Assembly: GCA_030390025.1 (NCBI GenBank) | Contig: CM059438.1 | Span: 56,422,001-56,486,000, forward strand | DNA from: Squalus acanthias | Taxonomy: Eukaryota | Reading direction: 5' to 3' | DNA length: 64,000 bases | Shown here: positions 1 to 12,010 of the stretch, in pieces | Position numbering within the stretch: the stretch's first letter is position 1 | How the letters are laid out: each line of letters starts with the position of its first letter | The notes under the pieces: generated by a model | Seen by the model: only the letters and a program-made list of their open reading frames with translations | Databases searched by the model: none | What the model was told of the DNA's origin: nothing | Translations under genes and position numbers: made by a program

Positions 1-615
1 CATCTATCTCCTGTACCGCTCTACGATACCGTCTATCTCTTGTACCGCTCTACGATGCAGTCTATCTCCCGCATTGCTCTATGATGCAGTCTAACTCCCA
101 TACTGCTCTAAGATGCAGTCTAACTCCCGTACCGCTCTACAATGCAGTCTATCTCCCGTACTGCTCTACGATGCAGCTTATCTCCCGTACCGCTCTACGG
201 TGCAGTCTATCTCCCGTACTGCTCTAGGATGCAGGCTATCTCCCGTACCGCTCTACGATGCAGTCTATCTCTCGTACCGCTCTACAATGCCGTCTATCTC
301 CCGTACCGCTCTACGATGCAGTCTATCTCCCGTACCACTCTACGATGCAGTCTATCTCTCGTACCGCTCTACGATGCAGTCTATCTCTCGTACTGCTCTA
401 CGATGCAGTCTATCTCTCGTACCGCTCTACGATGCAGTCTATCTCTCGTACCGCTCTACGATGCAGTCTATCTCCCGTACCGCTCTACGATGCTGTCTAT
501 CTCCCGTACCGCTCTACGATGCAGTCTATCTCACGTACTGCTCTACGATGCAGTCTAACTCCCATACCGCTCTACGATGCCATCTATCTCTCATACCGCT
601 CTACGATGCAGTCTA

Positions 616-890
616 CAGAAATGAGGAAGAATTTCTTCACCCAGAGAGTGGTGAACCTGTGGAATTCTCTACCACAGAAGGTAGTTGAGGCCAAGTCATT
701 AAATATATTCAAGAATGAGTTAGATATATTTCTTAAAGCTAAAGGTATCAAGGGATATGGGGAGAAGGCAGGGACAGGGTACTGAGTTTGGATGATCAGC
801 CATGATCTCATCGAATGGCGGAGCAGGTTCAAGGGGCCGAATGGCCTACTCCTGCTCCTATCTTCTATGTTTCTATGTTTCTATGTTTCT
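616..890 (+). mobile_element. 5'-truncated CR1 LINE 3' end inside the satellite
   Basis: Encodes the CR1 ORF2 C-terminus EMRKNFFTQRVVNLWNSLP...GIKGYG, followed by the 3' UTR and a (TTCTATGT)n tail. Confidence 0.92.
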
Positions 891-3800
891 AACTTCGTAC
901 CACTCTACGATGCCATCTATCTCCTGTACCGCTCTACGATACCGTCTATCTCGTATACCGCTCTACGATGCAGTCTATCTCCCGCATTGCTCTATGATGC
1001 AGTCTAACTCCCATACTGCTCTAAGATGCAGTCTAACTCCCGTACCGCTCTACGATGCAGTCTATCTCCCGTACCGCTCTACGATGCAGCTTATCTCCCG
1101 TACCGCTCTACGATGCAGTCTATCTCCCGTACCGCTCTACGGTGCAGTCTATCTCCCGTACCACTCTACGATGCATTCTATCTCCCGTACTGCTCTAGGA
1201 TGCAGGCTCTCTCCCGTACCGCTCTACGATGCAGTCTATCTCTCGTACCGCTCTACGATGCCGTCTATCTCCCGTACCGCTCTACGATGTAGTCTATCTC
1301 CCGGACCACTCTACGATGCAGTCTATCTCTCATACCGCTCTACGATGCAGTCTATCTCTCGTACTGCTCTACGATGCAGTCTATCTCTCGTACCGCTCTA
1401 CGATGCCATCTATCTCTCGTACCGCTCTACGATGCCGTCTATCTCTCGTACCGCTCTACGATGCCGTCTATCTCCCGTACCACTCTATGATGCAGTCTAT
1501 CTCTCGTACCGCTCTACGATGCTGTCTATCTCCCGTACCGCTCTACGATGCAGTCTATCTCCCATGCCGCTCTACGATGCAGTCTATCTCTCGTACCACT
1601 CTACGATGCAGTCTATCTCCCTTACCACTCTACGATGCAGTCTATCTCTCGTACCGCTCTACAATGCAGTCTATCTCCCATACCACTCTACGACGCAGTC
1701 TATCTCCCGTACTGCTCTACGATGCAGTCTATCTCCCGTACCGCTCTACGATGCAGTCTATCTCCCGTACCACTCTAGGCTGCAGTCTATCTCCCGTACC
1801 GCTCTACGATGCAGTCTATCTCCCGTACCACTCTAGGATGCAGTCTATCTCCCGTACCACTCTAGGATGCAGTCTATCTCCCGTACCGCTCTACGATGCA
1901 GTCTATCTCCCGTACCGCTCTACGATGCAGTCTAAGTCCCGTACCGCTCTACAATGCAGTCTATCTCCCGTACCACTCTAGGATGCAGTCTATCTCCCGT
2001 ACCGCTCTACGATGCAGTCTATCTCCCGTACCACTCTAGGAGGCAGTCTATCTCCCGTACCGCTCTACGATGCAGTCTATCTCCCGTACCGCTCTATGAT
2101 GCAGTTTATCTCCCGTACCGCTCTACGATGCAGTCTATCTCCCGTACTGCTCTAGGATGCAGTCTATCTCCCGTACTGCTCTACAATGCAGTCTATCTCC
2201 CGTACCGCTCTACGATGCCATCTATCTCCCGTACCGCTCTACAATGCCATCTATCTCCCGTACCACTCTACGATGCCGTCTATCTCCCATAGCGCTCTAC
2301 GATGCAGTCTATCTCCCGTACCGCTCTACGATGCATTCTATCTCCCGCACCGCTCTACGATGCATTCTATCTCCTGTACTGCTCTACGATGCAGCCTATC
2401 TCCCGTACCGCTCTACGGTGCATTCTATCTCCTGTACTGCTCTACGATGCAGCCTATCTCCCGTACCACTCTCCGGTGCATTCTATCTCACATACCGCTC
2501 TACAATGCAGTCTATCTCCCGTACCGCTCTACGATGCAGTCTATCACTCGTATCGCTCTACGATGCAGCCTATCTCCCGTACCACTCTACGATGCAGTCT
2601 ATCTCTCGTATTGCTCTACGATGCAGGCTATCTCCCGTCCCGCTCTACGATGCAGTTTTTCTCCCGTACCGCTCTACGATGCAGTCTATCTCCCATACCG
2701 CTCTACGATGCAGCTTATCTCCCGTACCACTCTACGATGCAGTCTATCTCCCGTACTGTTCTACGATGCCGTCTATCTCACGTACCACTCTACGATGCAT
2801 TCTAACTCCCGTACCGCTCTACGATGCAGGCTCCCGTACTGCTCTGCAGTGCAGCCTATCTCTCGTACTGCTCTACAATACCACCTATCTCCCGTACCGC
2901 TCTACGATGCATTCTATCTCCCGTACTGCTCTACGGTGCATTCTATCTCCTGTACTGCTCTACGATGCAGCCTATCTCCCGCACCACTCTACGGTGCATT
3001 CTATCTAACATACCGCTCTACAATGCAGTCTATCTCCTGTACCGCTCTACGATGCAGTCTATCTCTCGTACCACTCTACGATGCAGCCTATCTCCCGTAC
3101 CACTCTACGATGCAGTTTTTCTCCCGTACCGCTCTACGATGCAGTCTATCTCCCATACCGCTCTACGATGCAGCTTATCTCCCGTACCACTCTACGATGC
3201 AGTCTATCTCCCGTACTGCTCTACGATGCCGTCTATCTCCCGTACCGCTCTACGATGCATTCTAACTCCCGTACCGCTCTACGATGCAGCTTATCTCCCG
3301 TACAGCTCTACGATGCTGTCTATCTCCCGTACCTCTCTACGATGCAGTCAATCTCCCGTACCGCTCTACAATGCAGCTTATCTCCCGTACCGCTCTACAA
3401 TGCAGTCTATCTCCCGTACTGCTCTAGGATGCAGTCTATCTCCCGTACCACTCTAGGATGCAGTCTATCTCCCGTACCGCTCTACGATGCAGTCTATCTC
3501 CCGTACCACTCTAGGCTGCAGCCTATCTCCCGTCCCGCTCTACGATGCAGTTTTTCTCCAGTACCGCTCTACGATGCAGTCTATCGCCCATACCGCTCTA
3601 CGATGCAGCTTATCTCCCGTACCACTCTACGATGCAGTCTATCTCTCGTACCGCTCTACGATGCAGTCTATCTCCCATACCGCTCTACGATGCAGCTTAT
3701 CTCCCGTACCGCTCTACGATGCATTCTATCTCCCGTACCGCTCTACGATGCATTCTATCTCCCGTACCGCTCTACGGTGCATTCTATCTCCTGTACTGCT

Positions 3801-5469
3801 CTACGATGCAGCCTATCTCCCGCACCACTCTACGGTGCATTCTATCTCACATACCGCTCTACAATGCAGTCTATCTCCCGTACCGCTCTACGATGCAGTC
3901 TATCACTCGTATCGCTCTACGATGCAGCCTATCTCCCGTATCACTCTACGATGCAGTCTATCTCTCGTACCGCTCTACGATGCAGCCTATCTCCCGTACC
4001 ACTCTACGATGCAGTCTATCTCCCATACCGCTCTACGATGCAGCTTATCTCCCGTACCACTCTACGATGCAGTCTATCTCCCGTACTGCTCTACGATGCC
4101 GTCTATCTCCCGTACCGCTCTACGATGCATTCTAACTCCCGTACCGCTCTACGATGCAGGCTACCTCCCGTACTGCTCTACAGTGCAGACTGTCTCTCGT
4201 ACTGCTCTACAATGCCACCTATCTCCCGTACCGCTCTATGATGCAGTCTATCTCCCGTACCGCTCTACGATGCATTCTATCTCCCGTACCACTCTACGAT
4301 GCATTCTATCTCCCGTACCGCTCTACGATGCATTCTATCTCCCGTACCGCTCTACGATGTATTCTATCTCCCATACCGCTCTACGGTGCATTCTATCTCC
4401 TGTACTGCCCTACGATGCAGCCTATCTCCCGTACCGCTCTACGATGCATTCTATCTCACATACCGCTCTACAATGTAGTCTATCTCCCGTACCGCTCTAC
4501 GATGCAGTCTATCACTCGTATCGCTCTATGATGCAGCCTATCTCCCGTACCACTCTACGATGCAGTCTATCTCCCGTACCGCTGTACGAGGCAGTCTATC
4601 TCCCATACCGCTCTACGATGCAGCTTATCTCCCGTACCGCTCTCCGATGCAGTCTATCTCCTGTACTGCTCTAGGATGCAGGCTATCTCCCATACCGCTC
4701 TACGATGCAGTCTATCTCTCGTACCGCTCTACGATGCCGTCTATCTCCCGTACCGCTCTACGATGTAGTCTATCTCCCGGACCACTCTACGATGCAGTCT
4801 ATCTCTCATACCGCTCTACGATGCAGTCTATCTCTCGTACTGCTCTACGATGCAGTCTATCTCTCGTACCGCTCTACGATGCCGTCTATCTCTCATACCG
4901 CTCTACGATGCCGTCTATCTCTCGTACCGCTCTACGATGCAGTCTATCTCCCGTACCACTCTACGATGCAGTCTATCTCTCGTACCGCTCTATGATGCTG
5001 TCTATCTCCCGTACCGCTCTAAGATGCTGTCTATATCCCATACCGCTCTACGATGCAGTCTATCTCCCGTACCGCTCTACGATGCAGTCTATCTCCCATA
5101 CCCCTCTACGATGCAGTCTATCTCCCGTACCGCTCTACGATGCAGTCTATCTCCCGTACCGCTCTAAGATGCTGTCTATCTCCCGTACCCGCTCTACAAT
5201 GCAGTCTATCTCCCATACCGCTCTACGATGCAGTCTTACTCCCATACTGCTCTACAATGCAGTCTATCTCCCGTACCGCTGTACAATGCAGTCTAACTCC
5301 CATACTGCTCTAAGATGTAGTCTAACTCCCGTACCGCTCTACGATGCTGTCTATCTCCCGTACCGCTCTACGATGCAGTCTATCTCCCGTACCGCTCTAC
5401 GATGCAGTCTAACTCCCATACCGCTCTACGATGCCATCTATCTCTCATACCGCTCTACGATGCATTCTA

Positions 5470-5507
5470 CAGAAATGAGGAAGAATTTCTTCACCCAGAG
5501 AGTGGTG
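5470..5507 (+). mobile_element. 38-bp remnant of the same CR1 insertion
   Basis: CAGAAATGAGGAAGAATTTCTTCACCCAGAGAGTGGTG is identical to the start of the 616 copy and has the same left junction. Confidence 0.8.
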
Positions 5508-5929
5508 CTCTCGTGCAGTCTATCTCCCGTACTGCTCTAGGATGCAGGCTATCTCCCGTACCGCTCTACGAAGCAGTCTATCTCTCGTACCGCTCTACAA
5601 TGCCGTCTATCTCCCGTACCGCTCTACGATGCAGTCTATCTCCCGTACCACTCTACGATGCAGGTCTATCTCTCGTACCGCTCTACGATGCAGTCTATCT
5701 CTCGTACTGCTCTACGATGCAGTCTATCTCTCGTACCGCTCTACGATGCAGTCTATCTCTCGTACCGCTCTACGATGCAGTCTATCTCCCGTACCGCTCT
5801 ACGATGCTGTCTATCTCCCGTACCGCTCTACGATGCAGTCTATCTCACGTACTGCTCTACGATGCAGTCTAACTCCCATACCGCTCTACGATGCCATCTA
5901 TCTCTCATACCGCTCTACGATGCAGTCTA

Positions 5930-6204
5930 CAGAAATGAGGAAGAATTTCTTCACCCAGAGAGTGGTGAACCTGTGGAATTCTCTACCACAGAAGGTAGTT
6001 GAGGCCAAGTCATTAAATATATTCAAGAATGAGTTAGATATATTTCTTAAAGCTAAAGGTATCAAGGGATATGGGGAGAAGGCAGGGACAGGGTACTGAG
6101 TTTGGATGATCAGCCATGATCTCATCGAATGGCGGAGCAGGTTCGAGGGGCCGAATGGCCTACTCCTGCTCCTATCTTCTATATTTCTATGTTTCTATGT
6201 TTCT
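5930..6204 (+). mobile_element. Second near-identical copy of the CR1 3' fragment
   Basis: Same junctions as 616-890 (offset 5314) with only about two substitutions. Confidence 0.92.
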
Positions 6205-7270
6205 AACATCGTACCACTCTACGATGCCATCTATCTCCTGTACCGCTCTACGATACCGTCTATCTCGTGTACCGCTCTACGATGCAGTCTATCTCCCGCA
6301 TTGCTCTATGATGCAGTCTAACTCCCATACTGCTCTAAGATGCAGTCTAACTCCCGTACCGCTCTACGATGCAGTCTATCTCCCGTACCGCTCTACGATG
6401 CAGCTTATCTCCCGTACCGCTCTACGATGCAGTCTATCTCCCGTACCGCTCTACGGTGCAGTCTATCTCCCGTACCACTCTACGATGCATTCTATCTCCC
6501 GTACCGCTCTACGATGCAGTCTATTTCCCGTACCGCTCTACAATGCAGTCTATCTCCCGTACCGCTCTCCGATGTAGTCTATCTCCCGTACTGCTCTAGG
6601 ATGCAGGCTCTCTCCCGTACCGCTCTACGATGCAGCTCTCGTACTGCTCTACGATGCAGTCTATCTCTCGTACCGCTCTACGATGCCAGCTATCTCTCGT
6701 ACCGCTCTACGATGCAGTCTATCTCTCGTACCGCTCTACGATGCCGTCTATCTCCCGTACCGCTCTACGATGCAGTCTATCTCTCGTACCGCTCTACGAT
6801 GCTGTCTATCTCCCGTACCGCTCTACGATGCAGTCTATCTCCCATGCCGCTCTACGATGCAGTCTATCTCTCGTACCACTCTACGATGCAGTCTATCTCC
6901 CTTACCACTCTACGATGCAGTCTATCTCTCGTACCGCTCTACAATGCAGTCTATCTCCCATACCACTCTACGACGCAGTCTATCTCCCGTACTGCTCTAC
7001 GATGCAGTCTATCTCCCGTACCGCTCTACGATGCAGTCTATCTCTCGTACCGCTCTACGATGCAGTCTATCTCCCGTACCGCTCTACGATGCAGTCTATC
7101 TCTCATACCGCTCTACGATGCAGTCTATCTCCCGTACCAATCTACGATGCAGTCTATCTCCCGTACCACTCTACGATGCAGTCTATCTCCCATACCGCTC
7201 TACGATGCAGTCTATCTCCTGTACCGCTCTATGATGCAGTCCATCTCCCGTACCGCTCTACGATGCAGTC

Positions 7271-7396
7271 TGTTGGTGAAAAGTTAATTCACTCGAGTCT
7301 GTCTTAAAGCAAAAAATCACAGTTTAATATTCAGAGCGCTCTGGGAGAAGGGTCACAGCCTGCGGTCTAATGACCAGCTTCTCAATTTAATAGTGG
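7271..7396 (-). repeat. Truncated 3' LTR (roughly the R-U5 portion)
   Basis: 126 bp matching 9854-9979 with 5 substitutions by eye, joined directly to early pol sequence. Confidence 0.9.
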
Positions 7397-7947
7397 GGTT
7401 TATGTTCGGGCCCAGGGACACATATAGGTTGCGTGGTGGCCAATCCAGTGTCCTGTTTTGAGGTTGCCCATAATGACTTTACCGCCTCGCATATTATCCC
7501 ATATTCTCCTTCCTCTCTCCAATCTCGGGTTACGACTTTCGCACTCCCTACTGTTGCCAAATAACGGAGTGGTTGTTCCCACTTTGCTTTCTCCCCATCT
7601 TCCTGTATCCAGGTTAACTTCCCTTGTCTGGAATCTACCATCAGATTGAATTCTTTTAATAAATCTATTCCTAAGATCGTCCCTTCACTGTTTGGACATA
7701 CATAAAATTGTGCGGGTAGTAACCGTCCCGCTATTTCCAATACCTGTACCTCACTTTTGAAAGCTTTTACCCGTTCCCCTCCCAACCCTATTATAACGAT
7801 ACTATGTCGGGTAAGGGGAAGGGGCAACTCCGTTATAGATACGGAAGCTCCCGTGTCCACTAACATATCACACTGCAGGCCCCCTATCAGTGCCGGTATG
7901 TAGACTCGGGGGTCTCCCTCTTTTCTTTGAATGGGGGCCGCTGCGAG
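7397..7947 (-). pseudogene. pro: Retroviral-type aspartic protease and start of pol, truncated by deletion
   Basis: LVDTGASVS active site and ILGIDLL motif. In frame with gag across the TGA at 7950-7948. Confidence 0.88.
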
Positions 7948-9359
7948 TCATTGGCTGCTGCCCTGTTCTTTTACGTATTGCAAGAACATTTTATACATAT
8001 CAGGGGTCTCGGTCAGGTTTGGGTTTTCCCTTTTTGTCCAACATTTATCGGTCGGGTGTCCTGGTTTTTTACAATTACCACACACAAGCTGGTGTTGTTT
8101 GGGGGCCCGACATTCTTTAGCCATGTGGCCCAGCTTTCCACAATTAAAGCATGCCCCCTTTTTCGTTGGGGTGAACCTTGACTGGGTGTTTGCTGCCCCC
8201 ACCATCTTCTGCTTTATGACGGGCGGTCTCTCAGCCTCCCTGGCGTCAACTTGACTTGCCCATCTTACTGCCGCATCGTAGGTGTCGGCTGCCACAACCC
8301 CCATCTTCAATATTGCCTGGTGTGATTGGGACAGCCCGTCTTTAAACATTTGTATGAATGGCGCATCGGTTTGTTGGGGGTTTGCCTGTCTGGATGATTC
8401 TTGATAAGCAGTGAACAGTCGTTCCCCATAGTCACTACTACTCTCACCCTTCCGTTGTTTTGTTGTCATTATGCGTCCCCAATTAGGGAGGGCGCCCCCC
8501 AAAGCCGCCTGCACTGCGGTCTTAAACGGATCATATTCAGCTAATTGGGCAGCTTTGTCCGCCATCAAAGCTACCCGTCCTACCCAAGAGCCATCTCTAT
8601 GTCCATTCGCATTATCCACAATTCTCCATTTGTCTGAGGGACACTTAGCCCGCACTAGTTGGTGTAAGTCACGGCGGTGGAGATCATGTATATCCCATGC
8701 TTCTTCTAGATTGCGCCAAAATTCATTATTGGAACTCCGGGGTTTCAGGTTTCCCAAGTCCTTCAATATGGCTTGTTTTTCTAAGGGGCTGAAAGCCTGG
8801 TATTTACATGTAGGGGCATTAGCGGTGCCCCCTCGTCTCAGGGGTGCGGCTCTGACCGTCCCTGGTTTCTTGTCTTCCTCGTCGTCACTATCCTCTGGGT
8901 CTATAGCCGGGGCTGATGCCACTGGGGCATAAGGGGGAGGCGCTTCATTTTCGGACTGTGGACTAATTAGTCCAGCAGAGGCACACAAACGTGCCTATTT
9001 TTCATTCCAATATCCTAATCTATCCCTTCTATATCTGTCATTAGGTGATATTTTTCCTGTTTTCATTACTTCTACCTCCAGTTCTAGTTCAAGGATCCTT
9101 TCATTTTTACTTGCAAGTTTAGTGTGTGGAGTTGCTGCACCTTATTAATCACTGTGACCAACTGGTGTACTAATATCACCCCCGCCTTTTTTGCCTTTTT
9201 CTGTTTTTGACCTTCCCACCACTCTCTTTGTGCCTTCAGATTCTGGAGTGGGTCCCACCCCTTCTTTCTCATCTTATCAACTATGCCCTTCCGGTCGTCT
9301 GCATAGAACCTAGTAAGGGATCCCGCTGGTCCCCATTCTATTTCTTTCCCCGACGCCAT
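7948..9359 (-). pseudogene. gag: Gag polyprotein, disrupted by a frameshift near 9110 and a TAG at 8997-8995
   Basis: Probable start MASGKEIEW; PPPY motif; MHR-like QRKGESSSDYGERL; two CX2CX4HX4C knuckles (CFNCGKLGHMAKEC, CGNCKKPGHPTDKC). Confidence 0.88.
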
Positions 9360-9833
9360 ATATAGTCCAATTTTCAGCCTCACCAAATGCTGAGTTCCTC
9401 TAATCGGGTTAGTTCTTGATACCTTAAAAGACTTTAAGCGGTTACGTAGTCACAGCACACACACATATATTTATTGACTTCATGATCCCAGGGTGCTTTG
9501 GTTCTCTACGCCTACTTAATCCTGGCCATTACGTGAGGCCCAATCACCCTCTTAATTCCGGCTCAGGCTAGGTATGTGAGACAGGTGCCCTCCTTGTCCG
9601 TATCGATCAGTCAATTACTCATACCTTCGCGACATTTATCGCTACACAGTGTTCCCTTAGTGCACGCGATCCACACTCACACAACTGTGTTCTCCTACCT
9701 CTCACAGACTTTCCTTGATTCGTGATGCTATGGCACTGTCTCTCCGCCGTCCCAAGTGATTCAATTTCTGGACGGTCAAAATTTGACTTCTCGTCCGGCT
9801 TCACTGGTACGGGCGGTCCTTCAGTCCCAGAGC

Positions 9834-9851
9834 ATCCTGCCGACTACGCCA
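9834..9851 (-). promoter_or_regulatory. Primer binding site complementary to the tRNA-Ser 3' end
   Basis: Minus strand reads TGGCGTAGTCGGCAGGAT, 2 nt downstream of the LTR end. The plus strand ATCCTGCCGACTACGCCA matches my recollection of the 3' 18 nt of vertebrate tRNA-Ser(AGA/TGA). Confidence 0.9.
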
Positions 9852-9853
9852 AT

Positions 9854-10406
9854 TGTTGATGAAAAATTAATTCACTCGAGTCTGTCTTAAAGCAAAAGAT
9901 CACAGTTTAATATTCAGAGTGCTCTGGGAGAAGGGTCACAGCCTGCGGTCTAATGAGCAGCTTCTCAATTTAATAGTGGTCAGCCAAGCTTCTTTATACA
10001 CTTCCAGAAGCCAGAAAATACAAACCTCAGCACAGTTATTACATCATGAGCGACCCTTAGGGTCTCTAAAAACAACTTGATTAGAATCTTACACTGTTAG
10101 TGAAACTTATCCTTAACTTCTGCTTTTGTTTAATAGTGGTCAGCCACAATCAGTGCAAGGTTTCATTCTTAGCCTTTTCGAGGTTAGTTTATTATAGAAA
10201 GACAATGATTCACGTTTGTTCTGCAGTGTCTGCATTATCTATACTGCAGACTAAGCAAGTTGGTCTTTTATCCAATTATATCCCTGTCTCCATGCCTAAG
10301 GGAGAAACTTTGACCTTTACTATAGTCCTTTAAGCAGTTCAACTAATCTTAAACATTACAACTGATTTGCCCTTACATTATTACAATTAATTTTTTTACT
10401 CTTACA
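9854..10406 (-). repeat. Complete 5' LTR (553 bp)
   Basis: Minus strand TGTAAG...CAACA, with candidate TATAAA at 9998-9993 and ATTAAA near 9911-9906. Confidence 0.9.
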
Positions 10407-12010
10407 CAGTCTATCACCCATACCGCTCTACGATGCAGCCTATCTCCCGTACCGCTCTACAATTTAGTCTATCTCCCGTACCACTCTACGATTTAGTCTA
10501 TCTCCCGTACCACTCTACGACGCAGCCTATCTCCCGTACCGCTCTACGATGCATTCTATCTCCCGTACCGCTCTACGATGCATTCTATCTCCCGTACCGC
10601 TCTACGATGCATTCTATCTCCCGTACCGCTCTACGATGCATTCTATCTCCCGTACCGCTCTACGATGCAGTCTATCTCCCGTACCGCTCTACGATGCATT
10701 CTATCACCCGTACTACTCTACGATGGATACCACTCTACGATGCAGTCTATCTACTGTACTGCTCTACGATGCATTCTATCTCCTGTACTGCTCTACGACG
10801 CAGCCTATCTCCCGTACCGCTCTACGATGCATTCTATCTCCCGTACCGCTCTACGATGCATTCTATCTCCCGTACCACTCTACGATGCATTCTATCTCCC
10901 GTATCACTCTGCGATGCCGTCTATCTCCCGTACTGCTCTACGATGCATTCTATCTCCCGTATCACTCTGCGATGCCGTCTATCTCCCGTACCGCTCTACG
11001 ATGCAGTCTATCTCCCGTACTGCTCTACGATGCATCCTATCTCCTGTACCGCTCTACGATTTAGTCTATCTCCCGTACCGCTCTACGATGCAGTCTATCT
11101 CCCGTACCGCTCTACGATGCATTCTATCTCCCGTACTACTCTACGATGGATTCTATCTCCCGTACCACTCTACGATGCAGTCTATCTACTGTACTGCTCT
11201 ACGATGCATTCTATCTCCCGTACCGCTCTACGATGCATTCTATCTCCCGTACCGCTCTACGATGCACTCTATCTCCCGTACCACTCTACGATGCATTCTA
11301 TCTCCCGTATCACTCTGCGATGCCGTCTATCTCCCGTACTGCTCTACGATGCATTCTATCTCCCGTATCACTCTGCGATGCCATCTATCTCCCGTACCGC
11401 TCTACGATGCAGTCTATCTCCCGTACTGCTCTACGATGCATCCTATCTCCTGTACCGCTCTATGATGCAGCTTATCTCCCATACCGCTCTACGATGTAGT
11501 CTATCTCCCGTACTGCTCTACGATGCAGTCTATCTCCCGTACCGTTCTACGATGTAGTCTAACTCCCGTACCGCTCTACGATGCCGTCTATCTCCTGCAT
11601 TGCTCTACGATGCAGTCTATCTCTCATACCGCTCTATGATGCAGTCTAACTCCCATACCGCTCTACGATGCAGTCTAACTCCCGTACCGCTCTACGATGC
11701 CGTCTATCTCCTGCATTGCTCTACGATGCAGTCTATCTCTCATACCGCTCTACGATGCAGTCTAACTCCCATACCGCTCTACGATGCAGTCTAACTCCCG
11801 TACCGCTCTATGATGCCGTCTATCTCTCGTACCACTCTACGATGCAGTCTCTCCCTCCCGTACCGCTCTACAATGCAGTCCATCTCCCTTACCGCTCTAC
11901 GATGCAGTCTATCTCCCGTACTGCTCTACGATGCAGTCTATCTCCCGTACCGCTCTACGATGCAGTCTATCTCCCCCACCACTCTACGATGCAGCCTACC
12001 TCTACGGTAC
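10407..12010. repeat. 29-bp tandem satellite (right part, enriched in the GCATTCTAT variant)
   Basis: The same unit resumes after the TSD. Confidence 0.96.

Larger units (their letters stand above)
1..7270. repeat. 29-bp tandem satellite, consensus CTCTACGATGCAGTCTATCTCCCGTACCG (left part)
   Basis: Long run of diverged 29-bp units. The repetitive ORFs (MQSISRTALRCSLSPVPLYDAVYLPYRST) are translations of this unit. Confidence 0.97.
7271..10406 (-). mobile_element. Internally deleted endogenous retrovirus-like LTR element (5'LTR-PBS-gag-pro-partial 3'LTR)
   Basis: TG...CA termini; CAGTC target duplication at 7266-7270 and 10407-10411; 7271-7396 repeats 9854-9979; PBS, gag and protease motifs on the minus strand. 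Confidence 0.93.

Noticed and set aside
9834..9851. tRNA-Ser gene
   Set aside because: Only the 3' 18 nt including CCA match, directly beside an LTR; this is a PBS.
1..12010. CRISPR-like array of 29-bp repeats, or a repeat-protein gene
   Set aside because: Units are head-to-tail with no unique spacers and there are no cas genes; ORFs appear in all three frames, as expected for a stop-poor satellite.
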